DNA of 64,000 bases, taken from the NCBI GenBank assembly GCA_016235255.1, contig JACRLM010000074.1, positions 1,435 through 65,434 of the forward strand, read 5' to 3'. Below the pieces are notes generated by a model. The model ran no database searches, had not been told where the DNA came from, and saw only the letters and a program-made list of their open reading frames with translations. Positions 27,902-36,928 of the stretch are shown here, in pieces (position 1 is the first letter of the stretch; every line of letters starts with the position of its first letter). The translations under genes and the position numbers were made by a program. This DNA is from Nitrospinota bacterium (lineage in GTDB: Bacteria; Nitrospinota_A; UBA7883; JACRLM01).

Positions 27902-28861
27902 TGCCCTCTCCGTCCTTACGCCGCTGTCGGGAAATTTCCATCGCCACCCTCGCTATCAGCACGATTTTTTCCAGCGTTCCCCCGCCGTCGTCTATCTCCC
28001 GGCTTGCCAGCGCCGCCTGCGCCGCTTCCAGCCGGAACGTCCCGCTGAACCGGTCCCACAGCAGCTCGCCGAACTTCGTCCATATCTCCCACGCCTCCAT
28101 GTTTTCCACGCGGAGCCGGGGGCTGGACCACTCGCAGTTTTCGCATGCTTCCTCTTTCAGCCACTCGAAGAGTCGTTCGGCGCGGTCTGCGGGGATGGCT
28201 CCGAGGCTTCCGCCGGGGGCGGCGGAGTCTGCCCGGTGGATGTCAACGCATTCTTCGCAGGTGGGGCCGCGCCCGCCGAGGTGGTATTCGGCGAACCTTT
28301 TAAGTTTCCCAGCTCCGCCTCCGACTTTGTGCGGTTGTACGCAACGATATTGTTCACCGCGAAAATCATCAGCCTGCGGATGTTGTCATTCCGGTCCATC
28401 AGATGCACCAGCAGATCGGTGGAAAATTCCACCACCGCCTCCTGCGGCTGGGTGGCGAACCCGTCCATATAGTCCGTGTCGGCGATAAAGGAGAGATACA
28501 GCCGGGCGACGCCGTCATCTGATATGCGCCGATCCTGCGCGGCCTCCACATACGATGCGTATATTTTGTTTTCCGCGTTCGCCAGCGCAAGGTCCTGCGC
28601 CGCCTGGAGCAACAGGCGCTCGTTGAAGAGATCCTCGATCTCCGGCGCGGATTTTCCCGCAAGGTCTTTCCAGATTGAAACCGGCGCGGCCTCGCTCATC
28701 TTTTTCGCGGCGGCCAGGCGCTTCCTAAGTTCCCCCGGCGGCGGGAGGACCACGGTTATCACCACGTTGTCTGTCCACGGGATGTCCGCCTTTATCTCGC
28801 CGCGTTTGAACATCGCGATAACTTCCGCGCCGGTCAGCCGCTTATGCCCGTTCACTCCCAT
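27894..28861 (-). CDS. tail assembly chaperone G-T fusion via -1 ribosomal frameshift
   Basis: The -1 frame is open from the heptamer at 28310-28304 to the stop at 27894 by my own translation (GKLKRFAEYHLGGRGPTCEECVDIH...EEACENCEWSSPRLRVENMEAWEIW). Confidence 0.55.
28157..28861 (-). CDS. tail assembly chaperone (G-like, zero-frame product)
   Basis: Lies between the major tail gene and the TMP and contains the slippery heptamer. Confidence 0.6.
   Translation of the reverse strand: MGVNGHKRLTGAEVIAMFKRGEIKADIPWTDNVVITVVLPPPGELRKRLAAAKKMSEAAPVSIWKDLAGKSAPEIEDLFNERLLLQAAQDLALANAENKIYASYVEAAQDRRISDDGVARLYLSFIADTDYMDGFATQPQEAVVEFSTDLLVHLMDRNDNIRRLMIFAVNNIVAYNRTKSEAELGNLKGSPNTTSAGAAPPAKNALTSTGQTPPPPAEASEPSPQTAPNDSSSG
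28304..28310 (-). promoter_or_regulatory. -1 programmed frameshift slippery heptamer G GGA AAC
   Basis: In the zero frame it reads CTG GGA AAC. It has the XXXYYYZ pattern and is close to the lambda G/GT site GGGAAAG. Confidence 0.55.
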
Positions 28862-28897
28862 TTTCCCGCCCTCCGTATTTTATGGTTGCTGGTAATT

Positions 28898-30280
28898 TTA
28901 GAATCGCGCGATGCGCCACGCCTCGTTGATCACGTCGTTCCCGCTCGCGTCCACGCTGCGCCCAATGGCAAATTCCAGGTCGTGCTTCAGCGTTTTTCCG
29001 CTGGTGTCCAGTTTCGTTTTCAGCGAACACTTGTTCGCATAAAACACCAGGCCGTGGGCGTTGTCCGAAGTGGCAATCACGCAGATGACGCTGAACGTCA
29101 CATCTTTCCCGGCGTTCACCACGCGGGTGTAGTCCGGCTGGTGGAATATGGTCTTGACCGTGATCTTGCCAGTTTTTTTGTCCACGTCCACGTCGCTAGG
29201 TCCGTCATAGCCGCTTTCGTCGGTGAACTGGGAAAGCCCCGTGTTCATCTCGAACGCGAAGTTGAGCGCATGGGCAGTCACGGCGTCCGTGGCGCCCGGC
29301 TCCAGCATCCGGATGGTCATGGATTTTCCCTGGGCCACGGTCTTGATCGTCGCCGGAAGCGCGGGCCAGTATGGTGTTATCTCCGTGCCAATGGCATGTG
29401 TTGCCACTCCCACGTTGGACCGCATGATGGTCACCTCCCCGGTGGTCTCGTTGACGGCGGTGACCAGATCATTTTTTTCCGCGCCGATATTGATCCTCAT
29501 CCCCACCGCGAGGAACCCTTTGTGTTCCGGGGTGAACGACGCGCTGGCGCTGGCCACGCTTGTGTTGATCGCGGTGGCAAGCCGCGTGGCCTGCATCGTG
29601 GTCACATACCCGGCCTCGCCGCTGGCGGTCATTTTCGCCAGCTCTTTTCCGGGGACATCCAATTTGAAGCTGCCCACCGTGCAGCCGTCCGCGCGCATGG
29701 CCATCAGGTCCCGGTATGCGTGGCGCACCATCGTTTTGTACGCCGTGTCCAGCGGATATTGTTTGAGTTGTTTTATCGCCGTGCCGTTGCCCGGCGCGGC
29801 GGAAAGGGGCGGGTCCACCGTGACGGAGCTTGCGCCGGCCGCGCGGACGGACACGGCCTCCATCCCGATCATTATTATGTCCCCAAGCAACAGCCCGTGC
29901 GCCGCGCCCACGTTTAGCGTGGTTTTTGTGGACCCGGCCAGTGTGGTCACCCCGGCGGGGGTGAGGTACGGCGCGCCGAGCATGGCGCACTCGATCAGGT
30001 CGTCAAAGCTCGCCTTCGTCGCCGGGCCGGAGGCCAGCCCGATGAGTGATTCCGCCGTCCACTTCGCGGGATTGAGTTTTCCTTTAAAAGGGGAGTTGGC
30101 CACGCCGTCCGGCACGCTTTCCTTGTTTTCCAGGTCTGCCCGTTCCTGCAGGTCTATGGTGGTGGCGTCCAGCGCGTGTTCGATGGTGGCGTTGTTTATG
30201 TCCCCGCCGATTGCGTAGGCGGACTCGATCTGCGAGGCGAACGATTTGTAAGCGGAGGAGAGAGCGCGTGAGATTGTCAT
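28898..30280 (-). CDS. major tail protein candidate (siphovirus-type; no separate tube gene seen)
   Basis: 460 aa from the ATG at 30280 (overlaps the upstream stop), directly upstream of chaperone and TMP. Confidence 0.5.
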   Translation of the reverse strand: MTISRALSSAYKSFASQIESAYAIGGDINNATIEHALDATTIDLQERADLENKESVPDGVANSPFKGKLNPAKWTAESLIGLASGPATKASFDDLIECAMLGAPYLTPAGVTTLAGSTKTTLNVGAAHGLLLGDIIMIGMEAVSVRAAGASSVTVDPPLSAAPGNGTAIKQLKQYPLDTAYKTMVRHAYRDLMAMRADGCTVGSFKLDVPGKELAKMTASGEAGYVTTMQATRLATAINTSVASASASFTPEHKGFLAVGMRINIGAEKNDLVTAVNETTGEVTIMRSNVGVATHAIGTEITPYWPALPATIKTVAQGKSMTIRMLEPGATDAVTAHALNFAFEMNTGLSQFTDESGYDGPSDVDVDKKTGKITVKTIFHQPDYTRVVNAGKDVTFSVICVIATSDNAHGLVFYANKCSLKTKLDTSGKTLKHDLEFAIGRSVDASGNDVINEAWRIARF

Positions 30281-30281
30281 G

Positions 30282-30722
30282 TTAAGCTCCTGTCTGTTCC
30301 AGTGTTTCGATTTCCACCGACACTGCCGCGCCGAGAAACAGCGGCGAGTCGGCGATGATTTCAAACTCGGCAACCCTGATGGGGGCCGTCAAAGTCATTC
30401 CCAAAGTTTGGTTGTGCAGCGCGCCGCGGAAAGCGTCCAGCAGGTCCGCCATGCTTTCAGCGCGTTTCACTCCCCGGTCCGCGTCGGCGGTGAGGAGGAA
30501 AAACACAAACCGCATCCGGCGGGTGTCCGTGATCTGGTCCACATACTCCATGCTGTCCTGGTGCAGGCCGCCGAGGATCGCTGGGGCAAGCGCTGGCGGC
30601 TCTTTGCCGCTTTCCAGCTTCGCCAGTTCGCCGCCGTATGCGCGGATGGTCTTCACCCCGGCGGTGGTCTTCAACGGTTCCAGCGCCGCGATGATCGTTT
30701 GCAGAATGGCTTTTGCGCTCAC
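30282..30722 (-). CDS. neck/tail-completion protein candidate (Mu gp37/DUF1834-like position)
   Basis: 146 aa; assigned from synteny after the G-like and gp36-like genes. Confidence 0.4.
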   Translation of the reverse strand: MSAKAILQTIIAALEPLKTTAGVKTIRAYGGELAKLESGKEPPALAPAILGGLHQDSMEYVDQITDTRRMRFVFFLLTADADRGVKRAESMADLLDAFRGALHNQTLGMTLTAPIRVAEFEIIADSPLFLGAAVSVEIETLEQTGA

Positions 30723-31159
30723 GCCAGCGCCCCTCTCACATAGTCGCCCATAATTTTATTTATCACCGCGATGTCCTCATCGAGCACCACCAGGTATGGC
30801 CGCGCCGGGATTTTGGATTTATGCCCGCGTCCCGCGTCCCCGCCGAATTGGTGGATCGCCGAATACGGCAATGACGAGCCGATGTCCACCTTCCGCGATC
30901 CGGCCTTCACCGTCATGGACCGGCGCAACATCCCGCTCATCATCAGCATTTTTGTTTTTTTCTTCTTCGCCTTGTACGCGGCCGTGGATTCGGCCAGCGC
31001 CGGCCACTTGTTCGGGCGGCCCTCGCTTCCAAAGGTTTTCAGGGTGGCGCCGAGCTCGAACGCGCCGATGGCGCGCATGGCCGGAGTGAGGTCGCGCAGC
31101 TTCCCCGATGCGGCGGCAAGTTTGCCCGGCGCGTCCCCTGATATTTTTATCACCAGCAT
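30719..31159 (-). CDS. virion morphogenesis protein (Mu G / P2 S family)
   Basis: SSLPYSAIHQFGGDAGRGHKSKIPARPYL matches the YAAIHQFGG...IPARPFL family signature. Start at ATG 31159 (MLVIKISGD); the longer track ORF is a GC-rich extension. Confidence 0.65.
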   Translation of the reverse strand: MLVIKISGDAPGKLAAASGKLRDLTPAMRAIGAFELGATLKTFGSEGRPNKWPALAESTAAYKAKKKKTKMLMMSGMLRRSMTVKAGSRKVDIGSSLPYSAIHQFGGDAGRGHKSKIPARPYLVVLDEDIAVINKIMGDYVRGALA

Positions 31160-31161
31160 TT

Positions 31162-31581
31162 TTAAAATCCGTCCAAAGCGTCGCCGCCGGTGTTTCTCCG
31201 GCCGGGGATTATCACAGGGTTGGACGGGGCGGCGGTGTACACTTTCATCTCCACCCCGTCCAGCTTTAAAATCCCGGATGCGATCAGTTTCAGTTTGCCC
31301 AGCGCGTCGTCCCACGCCGCCTGCCAGTTTGCAAAGTCCAGCCCCTTGCGCTGGACAAGTTTCCCCACCGCCAGCGTGGCGGAGATGTCCCGCACGCTGG
31401 ACGGGACGGGTGAAAGCGGGACGGCGTAAAATGCGCGGACATACGCGTCTATCGCCGCGTCGGCGGCAACAATCGCGGCGGTGATGATCGAATCGTCCAC
31501 CGTCCCCGCGTCGTTGGCCGCAAGCGTGGAAAGCCACGTTGTGTCCAGTTTCGCTTTTACGTCCGTCACCGCGCAGTACAT
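31162..31581 (-). CDS. head-tail connector protein, Mu gp36/DUF1320 family
   Basis: MYCAVTDVKAKLDTTWLSTLAANDAGTVDDSIITAAIVAADAAIDAYVRAFYAVPL fits the DUF1320 N-terminal pattern. Confidence 0.7.
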   Translation of the reverse strand: MYCAVTDVKAKLDTTWLSTLAANDAGTVDDSIITAAIVAADAAIDAYVRAFYAVPLSPVPSSVRDISATLAVGKLVQRKGLDFANWQAAWDDALGKLKLIASGILKLDGVEMKVYTAAPSNPVIIPGRRNTGGDALDGF

Positions 31582-31584
31582 CGG

Positions 31585-31917
31585 CTATTTCCCCCCGCGT
31601 TTGAAAAAGCCGCCTTTGCCCTTTGCGGGAGCTTCGGCGGGCGCGGGACCATCACCGGAAATAACGCCCCCATCCAGCGGCGACGCGGATGGGGGCCCGG
31701 AGGCGGAGACAGCTTCGGACGAGGACGAAGCGTCTCCAGCGGAAACGATCGGCGATCCATCCGCGTCGCAGGGTGTGATGGCCACGCCCTGCTCGCGGAA
31801 TTTCGCCAGGGTCACGTCCCGGTACAGGGCAGCCGGGTAAACGCAGTCCACCGGCTGCGGCGCGCCGTGGCGGGCGCCATAGCCAAGTGGGTATGAAAAC
31901 TTTAAAAATCCGCTCAT
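31585..31917 (-). CDS. hypothetical phage protein (Ser/Ala/Pro/Gly-rich, low-complexity C-terminus)
   Basis: 110-aa ORF between the capsid and connector genes. Confidence 0.35.
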   Translation of the reverse strand: MSGFLKFSYPLGYGARHGAPQPVDCVYPAALYRDVTLAKFREQGVAITPCDADGSPIVSAGDASSSSEAVSASGPPSASPLDGGVISGDGPAPAEAPAKGKGGFFKRGGK

Positions 31918-31935
31918 GGCGTTATGCGTCTCCTA

Positions 31936-32967
31936 TCAGGCGCGGGCCTTGGCGATCAGGTGCGGCAGGCCGTAGCCCACATTGCCCCGATAGTCCACGC
32001 CGTATAGGTATTCCTTCCGCATGAACACGTTGTCGTCGTCCGGGGCTGTCAGCGAAACGAATTCCGGCGCTTGGCGGAGTTGGTAGATAAAGGGTTTGAG
32101 CGGGCGGTTGAGGCAGGCCACATACCACTCCGTGGGATGGTCCGCCAGTTCCGGAGCGAGAAGAAGGTTCGCGGAGTTTTTCCAAACGTTGCTTTGCGAC
32201 CCGCCCGCCGTGGCGTCGCCGATGATCACGTCGGCGGTGAGGATTGACCGCGCCACCTTCTCCAACTGCGGCGGTATGATCAGCGTGTCCGGGATGATCC
32301 CCAACGGGTTTCCGGCGTCGTTGATATAGCTCATCATCGCCGCGCGGACCGCGCCGTAGTTATCGGCGGTCAACGCGGTGGCGGCAAACAGGTTTGAGAA
32401 CGGGGTCTGTGCTCCGTTCGGGTGATCCGTGGCGAAAAACGGTTTCCCGTCGAAAGCCAAATTCGTTTCCCCGGCCTTGAGGATCGCGGCCAGGAGCTCC
32501 GCCGGGTGGAGTTTTGCCGCCCGCGCCAGGCTTTCAAGGAGAGGGGTGAAAAGCCCCAGGTTGTCGTCCAGGATGTTGTTTCGCGGAACGCCCAGGGTCA
32601 GTTCAAAATCTTTGTTCTTCAGGTAATAACCGGCGGCGGCGAGGCTCTTTATCACGCGCTCGCCGATCCACTCCCGCATATTCGGCATCATACCGATCCA
32701 TGCGTATTCCTCCCCCGCCGTGGTGGACTTTACTTCCGTCCACAGTTTGGGGAGGTCGGATGTCACGCTGTCAAAGGCCCCCTGGAAAATGAGTTTAAAT
32801 CCACGGTATAGCGTCTGCAGTGTGGCTCCGTTGACCACAAGCCCCAGCATAAGCGGAAGCGAGTCGAAGCCAGCCGGGGGAAGCGGCGAGCCGCCGTGGC
32901 ACGTGCCGCACAGGGCGTAGATGGCGGCGGTGAAAAGCCCCATCACTATCAAAAGCAGGTTTTTCAT
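31936..32967 (-). CDS. major head subunit, Mu gpT family, with a 39-aa hydrophobic N-terminal extension
   Basis: YAWIGMMPNMREWIGERVIKSL, NNILDDNLGLF and FFATDHP align with Mu T. AAGGAAAC lies 5 nt before the ATG at 32967. The Mu-T-equivalent start (ATG 32850) has no RBS. Confidence 0.85.
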   Translation of the reverse strand: MKNLLLIVMGLFTAAIYALCGTCHGGSPLPPAGFDSLPLMLGLVVNGATLQTLYRGFKLIFQGAFDSVTSDLPKLWTEVKSTTAGEEYAWIGMMPNMREWIGERVIKSLAAAGYYLKNKDFELTLGVPRNNILDDNLGLFTPLLESLARAAKLHPAELLAAILKAGETNLAFDGKPFFATDHPNGAQTPFSNLFAATALTADNYGAVRAAMMSYINDAGNPLGIIPDTLIIPPQLEKVARSILTADVIIGDATAGGSQSNVWKNSANLLLAPELADHPTEWYVACLNRPLKPFIYQLRQAPEFVSLTAPDDDNVFMRKEYLYGVDYRGNVGYGLPHLIAKARA

Positions 32968-33002
32968 TTTAGTTTCCTTGGTTGTGATTTCTTGGTTGTT
33001 GG

Positions 33003-33641
33003 TTACCGCGCCAGGTCCACCCACACTTCCGTGGCGGACACGTAGCCGGTGATCTTGCCCGCGCGCACGTGGCGCAGCTGGATGTTGTCGCTCTTGTCCG
33101 CGTTGGGGATGTTCGCGGCGGTTACCACCGCCAGTATCTGCGCTCCGTCCGTGGCGGTGAGAACGAATTCCCCGCCCGCACCAACGTTCACGGCGGAGCC
33201 GCCGCCGTAGCCGAGCGTTGTGCCTGCGGCGGTGAAGGCAAGCGCGCGCGTTCCGCCACGGCTTGTGGCGATGCGCTTTAACACAACGCCGGTGACGTTC
33301 ACCGGCTGGGCCGCGATGCCGCGCCCCACAGTGGCGTCGTCCACCACGTAGGCGTCCTCGCCCACGTCCGCCTGGGTCATCGCCCCGGCGCCCGTCAGCT
33401 CGTGCACGTCCTCCCGGTATCCCTCCACGGTGATGGCGCCGTTGGTTCCACCGGTGTTGTCCGCCTCGATGCGCGCCACGCCAAGAAAGTGTTCCCCCGC
33501 CGTGTCCGTGGCCGGGGCGGCATAGCCGGTGGCCTTGGCGCTCACCAGCGCCCCTTCATATATTTTCGCGGCGGCGGCAACGGGCGCGGCGAAAAGATCG
33601 TCCCCTTTTCTGGTTATCTGTTTCCCTGATGTCAAAGCCAT
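33003..33641 (-). CDS. head decoration / cement-like protein candidate (DUF2190-like, double length)
   Basis: 212 aa, Gly/Ala/Thr-rich, between the protease and capsid genes. Confidence 0.35.
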   Translation of the reverse strand: MALTSGKQITRKGDDLFAAPVAAAAKIYEGALVSAKATGYAAPATDTAGEHFLGVARIEADNTGGTNGAITVEGYREDVHELTGAGAMTQADVGEDAYVVDDATVGRGIAAQPVNVTGVVLKRIATSRGGTRALAFTAAGTTLGYGGGSAVNVGAGGEFVLTATDGAQILAVVTAANIPNADKSDNIQLRHVRAGKITGYVSATEVWVDLAR

Positions 33642-33686
33642 TTTCGTTTTCTCCAGTTTGCGTTATTTGTTTTTTTTCTTGCCCGC

Positions 33687-34673
33687 CTACGAAACCTTCG
33701 CCAGGTCTTCGGGTTTCAGCCCAAGCTGGTTTGCGATCAGCTTCACTTCGTCGGTCACCACGCCGGCGTTGGCGGCCACCTTTTTCCCGTCCGCTCCCGA
33801 CGCGGCCAGCGGCACGATCACCTGGGCGTTGGCTATGTAGCCTCTAAATCCCTCCGGATTTTCCGCCGCGTAGCCAAGCGCCCACGCCTTCTGCGCGGGG
33901 GTAAGTTTCCCGGCTGCCAGCGCGTCGTTCACCAGCAGTTCCGCGCCGCGCTGTTTTTCGGCGGACTCCATCGCGGTGATCCGCGCCTGCATCGCGGACA
34001 CATCAGCCGGGTTGTACGCGGGCGGGGCCAGGAGCTCCGTGAGCCTGGCGGTGGCGGCGGTGAAATCGTTCACCTGCAGTCTGGCCAGCAATCCGGCGCT
34101 GCCCGCGCTGTTCGCCTGGAGCTTCTCCACGGCGGCGATGGCGTCCGCCTCCGTTGCGGTCTCGGCCAGGCCGAGTTTCTTCAAAAGGTCTTTCATTTTG
34201 GGTTTCTCCTGTTGCGTTGAAAATTGAGTCTGGTTCGATAACGGCGGCATCGCCGGTATGTTCGGATTATTGGTCAACCCCAGGTTGACAAGCTTTGTGA
34301 TTACGCCCCCATTCGCCATGAACACCGGGGAAAGAAACCTATATTTTTTGTCCCTGATAAGCGTGGCGGCGTCGTCGTTCCATTTGATCGTGGCAGTGAG
34401 CCCGGCGGGCGTGATTTTCGCCGTGTTCCACAGCACCCATCCCGCCGCGATCGCTTTTTGAGGATCATCACTTTTGATGCTGTTATGAAGGTAATCCACG
34501 CAAACGTCGCGACCGTCAGCGGACATGGCGGCAAGCATTCTCTCCACCGCAGGGGCGTCCACCAACTGCAACCCCGCCGTGTGCGGGTGCTCGCCGTAAG
34601 GGGCAAGCACGGTTTCCTGCAAAAGCCCGTCGGCGATCTCCGTTGAGACATTTAATAATAATGTAACCAGCAT
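33687..34673 (-). CDS. head maturation protease / scaffold, Mu gpI family
   Basis: VCVDYLHNS...AIAAGWVLW...KYRFLSPVF matches the Mu I signature (DYEH...AAGWI...EYRYLSPVF). Confidence 0.85.
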   Translation of the reverse strand: MLVTLLLNVSTEIADGLLQETVLAPYGEHPHTAGLQLVDAPAVERMLAAMSADGRDVCVDYLHNSIKSDDPQKAIAAGWVLWNTAKITPAGLTATIKWNDDAATLIRDKKYRFLSPVFMANGGVITKLVNLGLTNNPNIPAMPPLSNQTQFSTQQEKPKMKDLLKKLGLAETATEADAIAAVEKLQANSAGSAGLLARLQVNDFTAATARLTELLAPPAYNPADVSAMQARITAMESAEKQRGAELLVNDALAAGKLTPAQKAWALGYAAENPEGFRGYIANAQVIVPLAASGADGKKVAANAGVVTDEVKLIANQLGLKPEDLAKVS

Positions 34674-34675
34674 GT

Positions 34676-36928
34676 TCAGAAATTCCTCCCTGGATCGCTT
34701 ACCGCGCCGAACCGGGCCAGCGCGGGGTTGGTGAATCCATCGGCGTACTTGATGTTTTTGTCCGGGCGGGTGATGGAATAGTTTTCATATTTGCTCACCG
34801 GCGCCACCGTGCAACGGCAGTTAAAGTGAAAGGGCGGCCAGTGGGTCTTCCAATAAGCGTCCCCGCGCGGCAACGTCACACCGGAGAGCGCGCCGCAGAT
34901 CGGGCAGGTGTTCTCGTCCCCGGCGGTGTGGATCGTGTACGCCTCAAACACGTCCGCCACGTATTCCCCCTGGTATGCCATATGGCGCTGGGCTTCGTAT
35001 GCGCTGGCGAGATTCGTGCGGAACACCGTTTCGGCGTGGGCGCGGTCTATAAAGTCCACGCCGGTCTGCTCCGCTTCCGCCAGCCAGCCTCGGAAGGTGA
35101 GCAACTCCGTTTTTTTATCGTTGAGGGCTTTTGTGAAAAGGTCCTTTAACCGCCGGATCGCTCCCACATCTTCGTTTTGCGCCACGGTGAATGCGCTCAT
35201 CTTTTCCCGCGCGGTGAGCGCGTCGAAATCTTCCGCCGGCAACGAAAGCTTGTTTATCCACCAGGCGCGTGCCACATCCGGGGTGATCACTGATTTTGGG
35301 ACGGACGAATGATCCAGCGCGTTGACCCATAATGAATTCGCGGTCACCGCTTTTGCCATTGCCCCCGCCGCTTCCGCCTTCGCCACCGCCTCGGCGGCCA
35401 CGGCGGCGGTGAGGAACATCGCAAGCAGCGCTTTGTATATCCCGCTCCCCTCTATCTCGGCGGGTGTCATCGGGCGGATATCCTCGCCGTCCACGCGCCG
35501 CGCCACATCCGCATATAGCTCCGCGTATGCCTGCGGCGCCAGCCGCACTTCCGCGTCGTTGAATATTTCGTCCACGGCGGCCACGGTGGAGGCGCTGGCC
35601 GCCGCCAGGCTGTTCGCCCGCAGGCTGTTTGGTGTTTGCTGTGCGGCTTGTGCCGGATCACCCGGTTGCGGCGCCTGCGGCATGTCCGGCGCGGCGGCGC
35701 GGGGCGTCACTTCATAGCCGGTGATTTTCTGCACCACATCGGCGGGCACGTCGTAGCCAAGATTTTTTACTTTTTGCAGATTGTCAAGTTCCACGCCCAC
35801 GTTGATCACTTCCTCGGAGCCCATCGCCCACGCGGGGTATTCATCCTGCGGGCCGTAGTTAAAATCAACCAGTGGTATCACCAGATCGCGCATGATGGTG
35901 GCTTCCAGCGCGCGGGCGTCCTCGTCCGTCACCATGTTCACGGTGTTCTCGTGCACCTGGGCCATCGCAAGCGAGGAGCTTGATTTCTGCTGGTCACCGG
36001 AAAGGGTCTGGCTTGTGATCCGCTTGCTTGCCAGCGATTCGGCCCAACTTATAAACGCGCTGTGCGGCGCTGTCCCCGTGATGGAGTTTGACAATATTTC
36101 GATCGCGGTGTCATCGCTGATCACCGCCGCCGCGTCCACACCCATCCCCTGCACGGCGGCTTTCAGCGCGTCCCTGTCCGCCTGGGGAGTGCTGGGCTTG
36201 TATTTGCCCACGCGCATCGGCACGGCGTAAAGATCAAGCAGAGTGAGCCAGTCCTTGATCCCTATCTGCGTGAACAGGTACAGCCAGGAGAGCGAGCGAT
36301 ACAGCCCGCTTTGCACGGCGTGATCCCATATCGCCAGCGGCGCGTGATAAATAAAGCGGGCGCGGTCCAGTTCCAGCCCCGTCGGGTTTTCCCGCGTCTG
36401 CCAGCGCGGGAAATCCAAAAGGGTCTGCGGCGATGTGATATCCATGTAGGCGAACCAGCGGAACGGTTTCACCGTGTCTATTTTTTCGATCACCACTTCG
36501 CTTCCGCGAAGGATCCAGAATATTTCCCCCAACGCGGCGCCGCAGCCTATCCCCTGCCACACGAGGGCTTTTAACGACGGCGTGAAATTTTCAATCGCTT
36601 TTATTTTTGCTTCCACGAATCCGGCGATTTCCCGCGCCTTCGCATCCGGCTCTTTGCCGTCCACCGCCGCCGGCGTGACGCTCCATTTAAGCCCGGTGGT
36701 GCGGCTCACGCGGTTCTGCATCTCCGCCATCGCGTGGTAGTATTTCTGTTCAAGCTCGGTGAAGATCACCCCCGCCGCGTGGCAGTCCCCAGCGTCCAGG
36801 GCGGACTTTAGCCGAGTGGCCTTTATCACCCCGATGCTGTTATGGCTGTAGTAAGGGACGACGGCCTGGGGCGTGTCCACCGGGGCTATCTTTTTTTTCT
36901 TTTTCGGTTTTGCGGCCACGGCGGTCAT
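34676..36928 (-). CDS. portal protein (Mu gp29/DUF935-like) fused to a Mu F-like head morphogenesis domain
   Basis: 750 aa. The C-terminus, DENTCPICGALSGVTLPRGDAYWKTHWPPFHFNCRCTV, is the Phage_Mu_F signature. The N-terminal ~500 aa sit in the portal position after TerL. Confidence 0.7.
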   Translation of the reverse strand: MTAVAAKPKKKKKIAPVDTPQAVVPYYSHNSIGVIKATRLKSALDAGDCHAAGVIFTELEQKYYHAMAEMQNRVSRTTGLKWSVTPAAVDGKEPDAKAREIAGFVEAKIKAIENFTPSLKALVWQGIGCGAALGEIFWILRGSEVVIEKIDTVKPFRWFAYMDITSPQTLLDFPRWQTRENPTGLELDRARFIYHAPLAIWDHAVQSGLYRSLSWLYLFTQIGIKDWLTLLDLYAVPMRVGKYKPSTPQADRDALKAAVQGMGVDAAAVISDDTAIEILSNSITGTAPHSAFISWAESLASKRITSQTLSGDQQKSSSSLAMAQVHENTVNMVTDEDARALEATIMRDLVIPLVDFNYGPQDEYPAWAMGSEEVINVGVELDNLQKVKNLGYDVPADVVQKITGYEVTPRAAAPDMPQAPQPGDPAQAAQQTPNSLRANSLAAASASTVAAVDEIFNDAEVRLAPQAYAELYADVARRVDGEDIRPMTPAEIEGSGIYKALLAMFLTAAVAAEAVAKAEAAGAMAKAVTANSLWVNALDHSSVPKSVITPDVARAWWINKLSLPAEDFDALTAREKMSAFTVAQNEDVGAIRRLKDLFTKALNDKKTELLTFRGWLAEAEQTGVDFIDRAHAETVFRTNLASAYEAQRHMAYQGEYVADVFEAYTIHTAGDENTCPICGALSGVTLPRGDAYWKTHWPPFHFNCRCTVAPVSKYENYSITRPDKNIKYADGFTNPALARFGAVSDPGRNF

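Noticed and set aside
30719-31537. Long 272-aa version of the virion morphogenesis ORF, and 31936..33024 / 28898..30373 / 16182 / 9459 extended starts
   Set aside because: The upstream extensions are Arg/Gly-rich, overlap the preceding genes, and lack family similarity. Internal ATGs with coupling or an SD were used instead.
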